DNA of 61,419 nt, the filler included, from Choristocarpus tenellus KU-1152 (lineage: Eukaryota; Protista; Phaeophyceae): assembly GCA_964200185.2 (NCBI GenBank). It is 11 parts of 11 records of this genome, joined end to end, with 100 filler letters (N's around TTAATTAATTAA, not from the genome) between each part and the next. Parts side by side here need not be neighbours in the genome. Positions count along the whole stretch, not along the records: positions 1 to 16,512 come from CAXNAD020000814.1; positions 16,613 to 20,433 come from CAXNAD020017735.1; positions 20,534 to 25,446 come from CAXNAD020012558.1; 8 more parts are not named here. One strand, written 5' to 3'. The notes below the pieces were generated by a model. It saw only the letters and a program-made list of their open reading frames with translations. It searched no databases and was not told where the DNA came from. Within the stretch, counting starts at the first letter, position 1. Each line of letters starts with the position of its first letter. Both the position numbers and the translations under genes were made by a program. This document shows, piece after piece, positions 12,240 through 24,662 of this stretch.

Positions 12240-15200
12240 CTATACGTTTCCTGCAGGTGGACTAACATCCCCTTCACCATTAGCTTCTGCCTCGCTTGCC
12301 TCCCCCACTGTAGGCTTGTAATCATCCGGGAGGCACCCATCAGTGATGGCCTGCTCAGTGAACTTATCCAGGAGGACACGAGCTGTTGGGGTGTCCAGGA
12401 TCAAGTCGTCAACAATCTACCAAGGTAGAGATTGGAGCAGTTGGCGGAGTGGGTGTGGGGGGGTTACTGAGTGTTGACATTGTTCACGTCTCAAACATAA
12501 GTAGAACAAGAATAGGCCTCTGTGATCCCCAAACTGGCACAGCACAAGCATTGTCAGACACCCAGGACAATATCTTCCCCCCCTCCCAAGTAAAAGCACA
12601 AGCACGCACACATACACACTCCTAAACTACCTGATAGAGCCTGTCAAATCCCTTCTTGATCTGCTTGCCCGAGATGACCTCATTCAGGTTCAAGTACGCC
12701 AAGAGCGATGACATGGCAGTGCGGTCATCATCTGACTCATCAAGCGCAGCCTGCAGGGGTCGTAGTGAAGCACAAACCACCACCCGTCAGATCAGCGTTC
12801 AGGAGGGGATCAGTGAAGAAAAACAGAAAGTGTGTAATGGGGCAGGGGTGGCATATGGAATTGATTCAATATATGGAGGATAACAAAACACAATATTCCA
12901 GCTGGTGTTCACTACACACTTGAACAGAATGGCGCCATGCCTTACATTCTTCCTCTGAATGTGGACTTCCCATGTAGCCAACACCAACTCTAACATTAAT
13001 ATAATGTAGTACTAAACAGTAACAAGCTTATCTAATCCACAATTGTGACGTCCAGGTCCCACACAAGAAAACATTTCGGGGTGATGGTGCATTGCCTGTT
13101 TTGTCTGTGTAAACTGACCTTGACAGCCCGCTTGACAATCTCATGGTGGAAATGGCTGCAGTCCAGTTCTTTCACACAGGTGGCTGCCTCATCCAACTGC
13201 TTTGACTGCAGGTACTCAACCAAGAGCTGCAACACATTCACACAGTGGCACAAAAGATAGGTCAGACACAATCAGTCCACCCACAACACTGCACAATAAA
13301 AAAAATGTAACAAGGATATCAACCACAGTCCATAGCATGTATTAATACTATAGTAGGCTACACTCACGTTTTACATTGAGTACCCCATTCGTATTTTCAA
13401 GAGATGGGAAGCACTACTGTTGTTGACAAAGGAGCAGGATCGATGTCTTTGAAATGACACATGACGGACCACCTCCCTAACTCCTACCTGGTCAATGGCA
13501 ACCTTAAGCTCTTCTACAGGACGGCCATCACCAGGTCCCCAGACCCTTTCTAGTCTGGAAAGGACATGATCCCTGATGACCATGCAATATAGAAGCAATA
13601 TACACATGTAAGACACAGCCATGCAAAATGCAGTGCTCATCATCAGACATACAGTTGGTGAGGGAGCTGGAGTAGGTCAAAAATAGGTTATAGTGCTGCT
13701 AGGTCAGAACACACACAGCTCACGACACATGTGTCCATCATGGCATATCTATGTAGTGCAGAAGACCTCGAGATGAAGACTTAGGGCTGGAGGGGAGGGG
13801 GCTTGGGCTGATGACCAATTTGATCCTGGGCAGCGCTGTGAATCACCGTTCCCACAAATTTACTAAATAGCCACAACTGAGCAACCAGTGACATGAAGGT
13901 CACAAGGTGCTGGTGTTCAAGGTAAACCATACAACAGGAAGGTGATACCACTTCCTGTTAACAAATTGACCAACACCATTCTTTAAAGAAAATGATATGA
14001 GAACCACTGAATTCCAGTGCACCTCTTCCCCTTCCTACCCTCTTCATGGGGTCAACTTCCGCTTAAAATAATTCAGTTTCAAACACTCCTCTTTCTCCTC
14101 ATCTCTCACCTAGACAGCATTCGCCTTGCTCCCTTAACAATCTCCCCTCCTAGACTCAGGAAGGCAGCATTGCGAAGCACTGACGGGGGTAGTATCTCAT
14201 CTGCCACAGCCCGGGCAAGGAAGGACGCCACAAGGGTACGGGCGCTGATAGGAGGGGCCAATGGAAAGGACAACTGCATCAGGAATGACAAAATTGCCGT
14301 ATGGTCAAATGTGGAGCATTCTTGTCTACAGGTGTTCCCCGTTGAAATGTTGTGATGGAGAGGGTCACACCTGGCTTGTCAATCGCATTGCTGAAATCAA
14401 TCCATACCCCTTTTATCACTACAGAGCGCCACCAAAAGCTCCAATACTTGCAAAGTATTTTTACCACAAAGGCTGACACAGTAACAAACATCAAGGCACT
14501 CACTCATCCGTTTCATCCAACATGCCATTCAGGCCATGCAGAGGAAAGTGCTATTGTACAGCACTAGCGCATTACAAGACCTTGTACAATCACTGCCTAT
14601 TACAGCGCCTCCCTTAAGGGAAAAACCTCCAAGGAGGAACACAAAATCGGGCAAGGAACATGGTCACAATAAACACTCCACCGGTAGGCGATTTTTTTTG
14701 TCAGTGACAAAAAGGCTCTCAAAATGATAGCATACACTCTAAATTAAGATCATCCTCACTTGGGTGCATCCAGCTGAATGTCATCAATCATTTCAAAGAG
14801 CCGTTCAAAGCCCTTGCAGACCTCCCTGCTGGAGAGCACCTCAGGGTAAGCATCAGACAGCAACTTTGACACTAGCTCCCTCTGAAGTCAACAGCAATGC
14901 ATATATCCCCAGACATAAAAAAAAGTTGAGGGAGGGGGGGAAACGAGGTTTGGATGGGTGGAAATGTTGGTTCTTTTCTGTGGAAATGTCTCCAGCAAGC
15001 TTTCACCTTACATACAGTTTCACTATTCCCCGATTAAGGTAAGGGGGTAGGGATATTGACTGAGGGACTCCTGGGCTGCAGACTCTAGTGGTGGAGCCAT
15101 CCATGCCAGAACATAACATTAAAGCAGTTTGTTGAAGACAATCCAGACTTACCTTTAGTGAGAAGAAAAGGTTCATTGGTCAAACACACAACAAACATGA

Positions 15201-16154
15201 AACCCCATGTAGAGAGATGAGATAGGGCCTGCACAGTGGTAAATATCCAGCTCCAAAAAGGGTGACTAGACCCATGAGAAGAGGCCTGATATTAGGCACA
15301 TTGTCATCTTCAGTCTATAGAAAATAGACATGATCACTAGCTTTATCTTCAAAGCATTTCTTTGTACTGTGTCTTTGGATGCTTCCCCCCCCCAAAAAAC
15401 AAAACAAAACAAAAAGCTGTGAAAATAACGGCCTGATATTAGGCACATTGTCATCTTCAATCTATAGAAAATAGACATGATCACTAGCTTTATCTTCAAA
15501 GCATTTCTTTGTACTGTGTCTTTGGATGCTCCCCCCCCCAAAAAAACAAAACAAAACAAAAAGCTGTGAAAGTAACGGAATGCAACTTCAATTATTGACC
15601 AACACCCTAAACCTTCAACAAATACACAAAGTTCTTCTATCACCTCCACTCTTGATATCCAAACTGTCTTGAAAAAAACAAAAATCTGAATTGTTTTTTG
15701 AAACCGTTACACACCACAGGAAAAAAACAAAAACTGACTACCAACCTCGCCAATCGCCTCCTGTCTAAACGGATTTACTATATAAAAACCTATCACCCCT
15801 ACAAACACCCACTACACCACTTGTCTTCCCCCTCCCCCCTCCCCTCCCTCCCCCTCCACAGAGCATCAACGTCAACTAACCATGACATCACTTTTCTTAC
15901 AGTGGAAGATAAAAAAAAACTTTCCTACTAAAAAAAAAATATATATATACATCGTTAACAAATATTATCTCAAATGAAGTACACATAAACGTCCATCCTG
16001 ACCGGACCAATCAAATCTCTTTCATCACCTCGTGGTCTCTTCTGTCAAGCGACATGTTAATCCCTCGCTTCACAATTTCATAGTGGTACGCAGGGGACTC
16101 CAGCTCCTCCACAGATCGCAACACCTCCGACACATCCTCCGACAGGAAAAACTC
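12240..16154 (-). CDS. MA3-domain translation regulator, PDCD4/MRF-like, 5'-truncated (exons 16029-16154, 14760-14881, 14110-14244, 13488-13572, 13119-13226, 12631-12750, 12240-12416)
   Basis: Seven phase-compatible GT-AG exons give two MA3 domains: EFFLSEDVSEVLRSVEELESPAYHYEIVKRGINMSLDR...KGFERLFEMIDDIQLDAP...SFLARAVADEILPP, then RVWGPGDG, then LLVEYL...ELDCSHFHHEIVKRAV...KGFDRLYQIVDDLILDTP. Stop TAG at 12240-12242. Confidence 0.92.
15283..15578. repeat. ~147-bp tandem duplication inside an intron of the MA3 gene
   Basis: Two near-identical units, each starting GGCCTGATATTAGGCACATTGTCATC. Confidence 0.9.
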
Positions 16155-16512
16155 CTAAAAAAAAAAAAGAGCGGCAAAAATAGCACCCAGAGGAAAAAAG
16201 GAAGGCGGTTGGTTATGTAGAAAAAATAAGAGGTCAACCTTTCCTATCATTCTCAGGCGTTTAGGTGGCGTTGACTGTTCGACTGCTGTCCACAGTAGTC
16301 ATTTTTTCTGCACAATTTACTTGGCTTTAGAGTGCCCACCCTCACCCAGAGGTTTGTGCAGGACTTTTCAAGTGTGTGATGCACCCAAGTGTCTTGCACC
16401 TGGTATGCAAATAATTTATTTTTGGTATGTGGTGGATGTTGAGACAATAAAGGTGGCAGGGGGGGGAGAGTGGAGGGGGGCATAGACCAAACCAAACACT
16501 TCATCATTCAAC

Positions 16513-16612
16513 NNNNNNNNNNNNNNNNNNNNNNNNNNNNNNNNNNNNNNNNNNNNTTAATTAATTAANNNNNNNNNNNNNNNNNNNNNNNNNNNNNNNN
16601 NNNNNNNNNNNN
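16513..16612. other. Artificial contig linker N44-TTAATTAATTAA-N44. Identical linkers at 20434-20533, 25447-25546, 33690-33789, 37150-37249, 41505-41604, 45273-45372, 52284-52383, 55140-55239, 58569-58668
   Basis: The same 100-bp spacer, with stop codons in all six frames, occurs ten times. Confidence 0.99.
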
Positions 16613-16673
16613 GATTCTCTTCGTCACCCTTGCCTGAGTGAACCACGCCGCCACAGAATCACACGATTCACAT

Positions 16674-16720
16674 TGGCGACACCGGTGAGATTCGAACTCA
16701 CGCGTGCGAAGCACACACAT
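16674..16720 (-). pseudogene. tRNA-Ser-like 3' half with encoded CCA (tRNA retrocopy, SINE head or extended primer-binding site)
   Basis: Minus strand reads GTGC-TTC-GCAC (variable arm), GC, GTGAG-TTCGAAT-CTCAC (perfect T arm), CGGTGTC-G-CCA. Only a degenerate 5' half is present near 16765-16791. Confidence 0.65.
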
Positions 16721-16794
16721 GTCTATATCTAACCAAAATATAACGAATAAAGACACAAACCTGCTGCTCGAGACCACCAGGACACGGCATAGAG

Positions 16795-17925
16795 GGTACC
16801 AATGGCTTACGCGTCTGGGGTTGTCCCATCATAACTTTTGATGTAGACATCGGATTAAAAATAAAAGCACGTTCGTGATGCCAGTCACAATACCCTCTAG
16901 AGTACGGGCTTCGTTGTTTTCGCCATTTTTTTCTATTTTTAAAGGAAGACTGGACATATTGGGGTTCGAACCATGGATTGTAGGTCACCAAGAGTGGCAA
17001 CAGATATACTATTACTATTGAAGTATAGGGCTTAGCCTCCCTACCTTTTCTTCCAATGTGTTTACGCACTCATTCTTTGACCTGGGTCAGGACGTCCTTG
17101 TCGAGGTCCAAAACGAAATGCCTCTTGTTGTGCCCTTGCTCCGACACCTTGATGCGGTGGCCCTTAGTTAGGACTTCTACATTCCATTTACTCACAGTTT
17201 CCAACCTGACCATCGCATATCCTGCTGCCATCTCGAGCGCCTTTTGACGGTCTTTCCCGTCGTTCACACACACATACAGGATTCGCAGTGTTAGAGCCTT
17301 AACTATGATATTTCCTTGTTGAGCGCCGGAAATGAGTTACCTTCTTTTGGGCTTCAGCCCTTGTAGCCCAACCCTAACACCTTCTTTCTCGTTTCCTAAG
17401 CCACTCTGGCTGACAAAACTTCCAAACAGCTAGGAACTGTCGACTACTAAGATATTCTACACCTGGGTTTTTTTGCTTAGCCGTTTCTTGAGCGCAATGG
17501 CATGCAGTCGCACTGGTCTCCTCCCCAACCTTCCCTTCGGTCGGTCACTCTGATTCTCCCTTCACCCGCCATGACCAGGCTTCCCCACAGACTTCGTCAC
17601 TGTACCTCATCTGGTGATGGACTCGCTGCTCTCTTCCTGCTTTCCCAACGTGGCAGAGACTGCAGAGCAGTGCTCCAACGTGGTTGAAGATCCAACCACG
17701 TTTGTGTAGTTATGCTTTCAATGCATCTTCTCTCATCATCAGTGTCGCAGCCGCATGGTCCATTGTATGATTTTATCATGCTGCTGTACCACAGTACACG
17801 CACTTTCTCATCGCCTAACATCGCACCGAATGTCACACAGTACTTGTTTTTTTGTCGCCTTGTGACAGAGAAGGTGCCGAGGGTAAGATCGAGGGGGCAG
17901 AGTGGCCTCGTTGGCTCTCCTTTTC
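16795..17925 (-). mobile_element. Decayed DNA-transposon-like repeat (IS630/Tc1-like N-terminal region), homologous to 59650-61419 and 51860-51990
   Basis: Clear nucleotide homology with the last contig, e.g. shared GGATTGTAGGTCACCAAGAGTGGCAACAGATA. Frameshifted peptide ALEMAAGYAMVRLETVSKW...VSEQGHNKRHFVLDLDKDVLTQVKEWVRKHIGRKG. Confidence 0.6.
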
Positions 17926-18437
17926 TCACTGTTATGGTCCATATTGCTGTGTGGGTCACGTGTGTGTGTGTTCAAAGAAAGTCTACAAAAGGCGTTAAAC
18001 ATATGTCCGAGAATGTTGATTCTTTTTTGGGATATGCCCAGAGCATCGTACGCTGACTGGGGCCTATCCCGGACCAGTTTTTTGCAGGAAATTCAGCCAA
18101 CCACTTCATTTTTGTATCTTTTGACGTTGTGACCATCAAAATTGCGCCGGAGTTGTTCCCCCGCGTTTTTTCCATTCTTTGATCTGGAAAACGTTTCCGT
18201 TTGATGGAGTTAGTCCATCCCTCTATACAAATCTTCAACCCCTCTTGGCATGTGCGTTCATTTGATATGTATATTGTTGCATACCTCTCTTGGCAAGACA
18301 GTGAAAAAAAGCGAGATTGCCACAGACTGCGAAGCTATTGGTATCACTTTAGCAGTTTTTTGTCTCTCAGTATTAAACAGTACAGCACATACACTATATC
18401 ACATCAAGTTTAGACGACTGCATTGTACAAATGTAAC

Positions 18438-20335
18438 AATGCCCTGTGCAGAGGGATCCAGCTGCAACATACAGGGTAATACTCCTGGTCCGCCACACTA
18501 TACATGCCATGTGTGTAGTGTTTGTAACGGCTATCTTCATGGTATTTGTAGCGTCATGGATGGATCCTTTTGGGACCAGTGAAATGAAAAGTGCGTGCAA
18601 ATTGTGCGTGAGCCCCACCAAGCGCAAGGCTTTGAATACTCAAGCCGGTGACAACACAGTGTTGAAGCGCCACAATAAGAAGAACAAGGGGAAGGGGAAG
18701 GTGTTGCCAAATAAGTCTACGGAGAAAGTCTCTCCCTACAAGCCTCACGGTGCCGACAATTGTAAACGATTGAGCTTTGCAGAGAATGTGGAAGCATTGA
18801 CACTCCTGAGGACCATGACGGGAACTGCGGTTGCTCAAAGTTTGGAATCAGTCACAGCACCCTCTAAAAGTTGAAGGAGGCAACAACCATCATGGAGAAA
18901 GCACAGACAATGAAGCCTGATGCTAAGTTTATGAGGGGTGCCAAACATGTCCAGGTGCATCAGCGTGTGGATTGAAAATCTGACAAGTAGGTTGATTGTG
19001 ATCGTGATTGAATTGTCTTTCTGCACTGTCTGCCGACGAGATTCATGATCGAATTTCTTTTTATTTTGCGCGCGCTTCTGTGGTGCTGTAATGTCTGTAC
19101 TACTGTGTTCCATCAGATTACATGCAAGCGTAATGCGTAGACTACGAGTGATGAGGAATCATGGCGTCGCAAAGCACCAATGAGTAATATGCGTAGTCTA
19201 TGTTATGGATGTGATTGTGCTGCAATGCACCGATGTATTTATTCCGTTGTTACTGAGGTCATTGATCTCTCAGCCAAGAATGATGCGATGTGAATTCAGT
19301 ATTCTTGGTTGCTCAATCCAGAATGATGTGATGTGAATTCAGTGTTCTTTCATGAAACAAGTCCATGCTCTGTGGAGAGACTTGTTGCCTTGGCTGGCAA
19401 GGGTTTCTGCGGATGGTTTTAGCTCTGATTATATTACATTCAAGTGTACAGCTGGTGCACTCATTGCAGAGTGAGCTTGGTGTATCGTGAGTGATCAATG
19501 GCAGCCATGAACAAATAATAATCAACAATCAACGTACAACTGCCATCTTCTGCTGACAAGAAGAAGCAAAAGTGAAGAAAAACAAACAAAAGAACACACA
19601 GAACAAACTTGAACCAATATGTGATGCAACTCAAGTAACGTATACTGTTCTTGTGTGTGGAACACAGAGTAACTGCTCTGTACTACGGTGTTCTGATGGT
19701 AATTGATGTGATGATGATGAACGTTTGTGACAGCAACGCCCAGAGCGTAACAGACCAATCAACGTCAGTATTGACTGGTGGAACTGTATCCTATCAGCGA
19801 ACAAACAGATGAGTAGCCTATGTTTCAACAGTACCACGGGTGGCCATTTTGCTCATAAAGGTACGTCCCACAAGGTGTCCCTATATACTAATGAGGATCT
19901 CTCTGATGCTGTTGATGCTCTGCACCTTAAGCCCGGTGGAAACCGTCTCACGCTTCCATCGACCCAGTAAGAATATGGATCGGTGTGGAAGACAACGATG
20001 AAGTGGCCAATGTGATACTAGAGGACAAGAAATATCAGCTGCTCGAGGAATCCTTGTACCAGTCAGGCAATGGAAGCTCGGGTGATGAGGATGATGGTGG
20101 GTTTATGGGAGGGGCAGCGCATCGGGGACTGTGAGGAAAGGAGCAGTCTCTTCAGTGTCCTCGATTCCTCCACCGCTGCACTGTAGCTGACGAGTTTGCA
20201 AGCTTGTAAACAACCGCCGAAGATTGCAGAATGAATAATATTTCGTACTAGTACATCTCCAGAAAGCAAAGCTGACTTGGCTCAGCGCAATCGGAGCAAA
20301 GGGCAATCAAACAAGTGGACATCCCCGATTTTTTT
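18438..20335 (+). mobile_element. Degenerate pogo-like transposase remnant with N-terminal Cys/His finger
   Basis: MPCAEGSSC...CHVCSVCNGYLHGIC, then KRLSFAENVEALTLL (HTH-psq-like). A C-terminal VADEFASL*TTAEDC...LQKAKLTWLSAIG is present. Many stops and frameshifts; no DDE core seen. Confidence 0.45.
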
Positions 20336-20533
20336 GGCAGTCGCGATAATTTTATTAGTGTCAGGGACAGGTTCCTTTTTGGGATCGCCGACACACACTG
20401 TATGTATAAGACCCGCGGTCAGATACAATTGCGNNNNNNNNNNNNNNNNNNNNNNNNNNNNNNNNNNNNNNNNNNNNTTAATTAATTAANNNNNNNNNNN
20501 NNNNNNNNNNNNNNNNNNNNNNNNNNNNNNNNN

Positions 20534-20677
20534 GAAGCCAAGCCCTACAAATGTATACATTTTATCTATTGCGAAACATTTTGGAGTCGGAAAAGGTCTT
20601 AAAAAAATCCATGGGAAGCCAAGCCCCACAATTGGACAAACAGGGAAAAAATTGTACCCTCTAAGATAGTTTCACTC
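20534..20677 (-). mobile_element. MITE family A, partial at contig start
   Basis: Ends in TACCCTCTAAGATAGTTTCACTC, the reverse complement of the family A left terminus. Confidence 0.85.
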
Positions 20678-20938
20678 AATGACCACGCACCATGCCTCAC
20701 TTGTCAAGCTCCCTCATGTACTGTTCAAGGTATGACACAAATGTCGATGTAAGCTGGACAAAGGGGAAATATATTGATTGGCTAGACTACCACAGTGAAC
20801 ATAGTTTCACGAATACGTGAGTGACAGATCAAGTAATGGCAAGTATAGTAGTTAGTTGCAGAACCTCCGGTTGTACATGGTAGGAGGATTTGACCTACCA
20901 TCTTACTCACAAACTACCCAATGCATAGGGCAGCTCGC

Positions 20939-23427
20939 CTAAGAAGATTGATGTTCCGTCGCTTTCCTTCCATCATGCCCTTCCTTGTTCAGCTGCCTAT
21001 GCGATGCAGCAGGGCTTGAAGGGCTCCAGACCAACTTGGCATAATTGAGAGTGTTGATAGACTGCCTCACCAGTCGTGTGTCATCGCTTGGTGTGATCGT
21101 GGCCACCATCAACAGGTGTGCATCTGGCACAAAGTGTCTTTGTAGCAAGTGGGTAAGAACTGAGTTACGATAGGGTATTCTGATACTGCGTCCCTTGACA
21201 GACGTCTGTTTTCCGTTTGAAGACTGAGAGTGCTTCATTGAAGCAGCAGCACGGAGGCACTCCTTCACTGCTAGTAATGATGTATTGATAGCTGCTTGCT
21301 CAGAATGTGACAGGTTGGTCTGCACATCGGCTGCCTTTTCCCAGTCATTGCCTGCCATGTCAATAAAAGCAAGACGCCCTCGTACCTGTTGTTTTGCATG
21401 CCATAGTGGCCGTGCAAGCATATACGGGGCAAAGGCAGGGTCGGTGATCTTTGTGGGTTGTGCACATCTAACACGTTATACTAGATGTATCACTAGATAC
21501 ATTCAAATGCATCCATATTATAAAATGTGCCAAAATATGTACATCAATGTCTCTTGCTGGCAATGCCGGTGAGTCTCAAATAAAAACTCATTAAAAGGAC
21601 GTAAATGAAGAGGATCAAACTACCTCAATGTCAATATATATATTGATCTATTCCCAAAAACTACAAGTTCTCCACTAGATCTCTAATTCAGATGTGTTCA
21701 TTGGCACATCATCAAAATAGTCCATGAGTGTTCATACGAAAAAAAAAATGGCTGCTTCAAACAGCAGAGACGACAACTGCTGGCCCATCAGTGGGTTGGT
21801 AGAATGAAACACCATGTACTAGTACATAGAAACCCTCCACTAAATAATGTAGAACAGCGAGCCATGAAAACAATCGCATTGTCAAAATTTTAAAAAGCAT
21901 TATATACATGCTAGTATGGTCAAAATATTAATTGAAGTATATTTCTTTTTCAAGTTTTGGTTTGAGACCCATCAATACAATAGTACGAATAACCTTACTA
22001 TGCAATGTACTGGTTTTGATAACAACAGCATTGCACAAATATGGAGAGAGGTAGCCTTGAAAGTCAAGCGAGCTGGACTAATATCCTTCACTTGATAATG
22101 AAAAATTATTCATTTCCAACTGTAACACACTACTATATTCCAACTTGAAACAGATGTGTGCAGACATGCAGCCCTGCCGTCCTGCTCATTGATTTGTCTT
22201 TCAAAAGTTACTTCTCCTCCCCAATAACATCTACACAACGCCTGTGGGCATAAAACCATAAACGTATGTCATCAATAACCATCATGAGGACAAAGAAAGT
22301 TGAGAAGGGAACATGACCATTATTGTAGTGTACTACCATAAATGTAGTATGAAAATCTTATCTGGAGTCAACCGACAAACAGATGCTCAAAAACAATAAT
22401 GCACTTCAGGGTGACTCCAAGGAGGAAGTGAATCCAAGCACAATACACTGAAGCTCACCAAAGCTGCAGCTGCCTGTGTTGTGTCACGAAGCTTGGTGCG
22501 TAATTTATCAACAACTGTTGACAATGACGTGTGATACGCTCCGAGCTGCTCCATTTCTCGTCCAAGCTCTGTGCCTGCAAATGCTGCATGGCCATGAATA
22601 CTGTATGCCACCCTAGCACGCTCCCTCAGGTCATCATCCCGTTTGTTGGCCTCTTCTCTTACACGAGCTTCTGCACTTTCAATCTCTTGCTCCAGAGTAA
22701 TTATCTCATTGGTGACCACATCGAATTCAATGACTGCATGTGAACGGGAAGAGGCATCGTGTACGGTTGACTTACCAACACGACGGGTGGCGATGCCAGC
22801 AGCGAGTACCTCATCAAAAGCAGTTAGATCACGAACGGTCTTTCTGCATGGCGGACCCCCAGCTTCGGCTCTAACGTACACTTTTCCGTCACCCAAGCTC
22901 CGCAACTTGAGGATGGAGCCCCCTGCAAGAAGATCTCGGCACTCCCGCCCAGCAACTTCACACATGCTTACCCTCAGGACATAGTCCACGCCACAAGTGG
23001 CAACCTCCGCCAGCAAGTCTTTAGCCGCTATGGCCGCGATACCCTCCCAGCAATCATGATCCTTCTCAGGTGACTCAGCTTGGACCTCGGCGGTCCGTCC
23101 GTAGATTGTAGCAGTTTTTCCCGTACCGGAATAGCCATAAGCAAAACAGGCTCCGCGACCCCCAGCCAGGGCACTTGCCACGATCGGAGCCACGCTGGAG
23201 TGGTAAACGGTGGCATTGTCCTCGTAAACATGAACCCGCTTAAAGCAAAACTGATGCACTTTGTCCTCAGCACGAGGTTGACAGTCTTTTCCACCAAACA
23301 CTTCGCGGCGTGCGATGAGAGAAATCGATCCTTCTCCACTTGTGTGGACCACCGCCTTGCCAGGCTCCCCATCGAGTTGAGGACGTACGCGGGCGACCAC
23401 GGAGACATCACCACTCATATTGTCCAT
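20939..23427 (-). CDS. Kinesin motor protein, complete, 471 aa (exons 22459-23427 and 20939-21385)
   Basis: VSVVARVRP, P-loop GYSGTGKT, switch I HDASSRSHAV, switch II FIDMAGND, INTSLLAVKECLR, IPYRNSVLTHLL, SINTLNYA. One phase-0 intron (TTG|GTGAGC...CAACAG|GTA). Confidence 0.93.
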
Positions 23428-24487
23428 GGATATACCGCTGTCACCATCCCTCTTGTCGATTTCGGTCGATATTCTTTCCGTCGGGACCGCGAGAGGTAAT
23501 GCACACAGAGGTTCACAGGAGAAGGCAGTGTTTCAGGCTCGACGTCCCTTGGAAACGTAGTGTTCAGAGAACAAATGAAAGACATTGGAGCTGCTTGCTT
23601 CGAAACCAGAGAATTCACTGTTGTTAAGTCAGAAACAGAAGAAGATCGGCAGTGCGCCAGTGCTGGCAGGAACAAATTGTGGTCAAAACTTTGCACAGAC
23701 ATTGCGGGCACTGAAGAAAGTACAACTACTAAAACACAAGGTGTAGTGGGATGAAAATCAAAGAACATGTATCATTGGACGTATTATTGTTGGAATGACT
23801 CTCACTTATGGGGGAAGGTCTACACGAATAAGTTCAGATCCTTAGTGATCTTTCACTCTTGCAAGGTAGAGCTAGGTTTGATAGTTGGGGTGGGATCAAG
23901 TGGCAAACATACAACCGCGTTGAAGGGTTCCTTCTCTTCTGTCTCATTGTCTTTTCCTTGAAAGATCTTGACCAATCTCCAATAACACATTAGGACAAAA
24001 GGGGGTGTACCCTCCAATGAGGTTCCTTAGAGATTTAGTGAATTTTTTATTGTAAGACATTTCACAACAATTATGCTTTATTTACTGGAATCTAAAATAC
24101 AGTCAGGAAGTTAGTTAGACGAGAGGTACCCAGATTTTGGGAATCTCCCATTTTGATATGTTCAGCAATCTTTTGTAATTCGCCCATATTTCTATGAATG
24201 AAGTCCTAAGTTGTGCAGATGAGAGCGTTGATTTTCTCCATTTTTTTTAACTCTTCAACAGAATTCAGAAAAATACCCTATATGATATCCTCCCATATTA
24301 TGACGAATCAGGGTGGGGGTTGATCTGTCCATGGGATTCTTCAGACTTTGTTGAACACGCCAATCAATAATGTCAGGAATGCATCACATCCATATCATAT
24401 ATTTTCATATTTTATTCGTCCAACATTATCATTAGTTCCAGATGATCCCAACCCCTCGACAGATATACTACGCATTCCACTACTTCT

Positions 24488-24662
24488 GACTCAAAGTACC
24501 TGGGGGGTGAGGGTCTACACCAGGGTGTCCATTTGGACCAAAACCAGGAAAAGTGCATTTACATTATCCATCCGACGTATGCAACCAAACCACCCAAAAA
24601 TTGCAACATGAAAAAATTGATCCCAAATGGACAGCTGCCACCCCCCACAGATAATTTGAACC
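24488..24662 (+). mobile_element. MITE family B (~175 bp)
   Basis: GACTCAAAGTACCTGGGGGG...CCCCCACAGATAATTTGAACC with TCT on both flanks; homologous to the other B copies. Confidence 0.8.

Noticed and set aside
15266-15649. 127-aa ORF with an internal repeat
   Set aside because: It is produced by the 147-bp intronic duplication and lies between well-defined MA3 exons.
2244-23427. Two kinesins as a gene cluster
   Set aside because: They lie on different contigs separated by two linkers, so the proximity is artificial.
22531-23499. Plus-strand ORFs overlapping the second kinesin, and similar antisense ORFs at 2751-3296, 6168-6641 and 7571-8475
   Set aside because: They are shadow frames of real coding exons and carry no motifs of their own.
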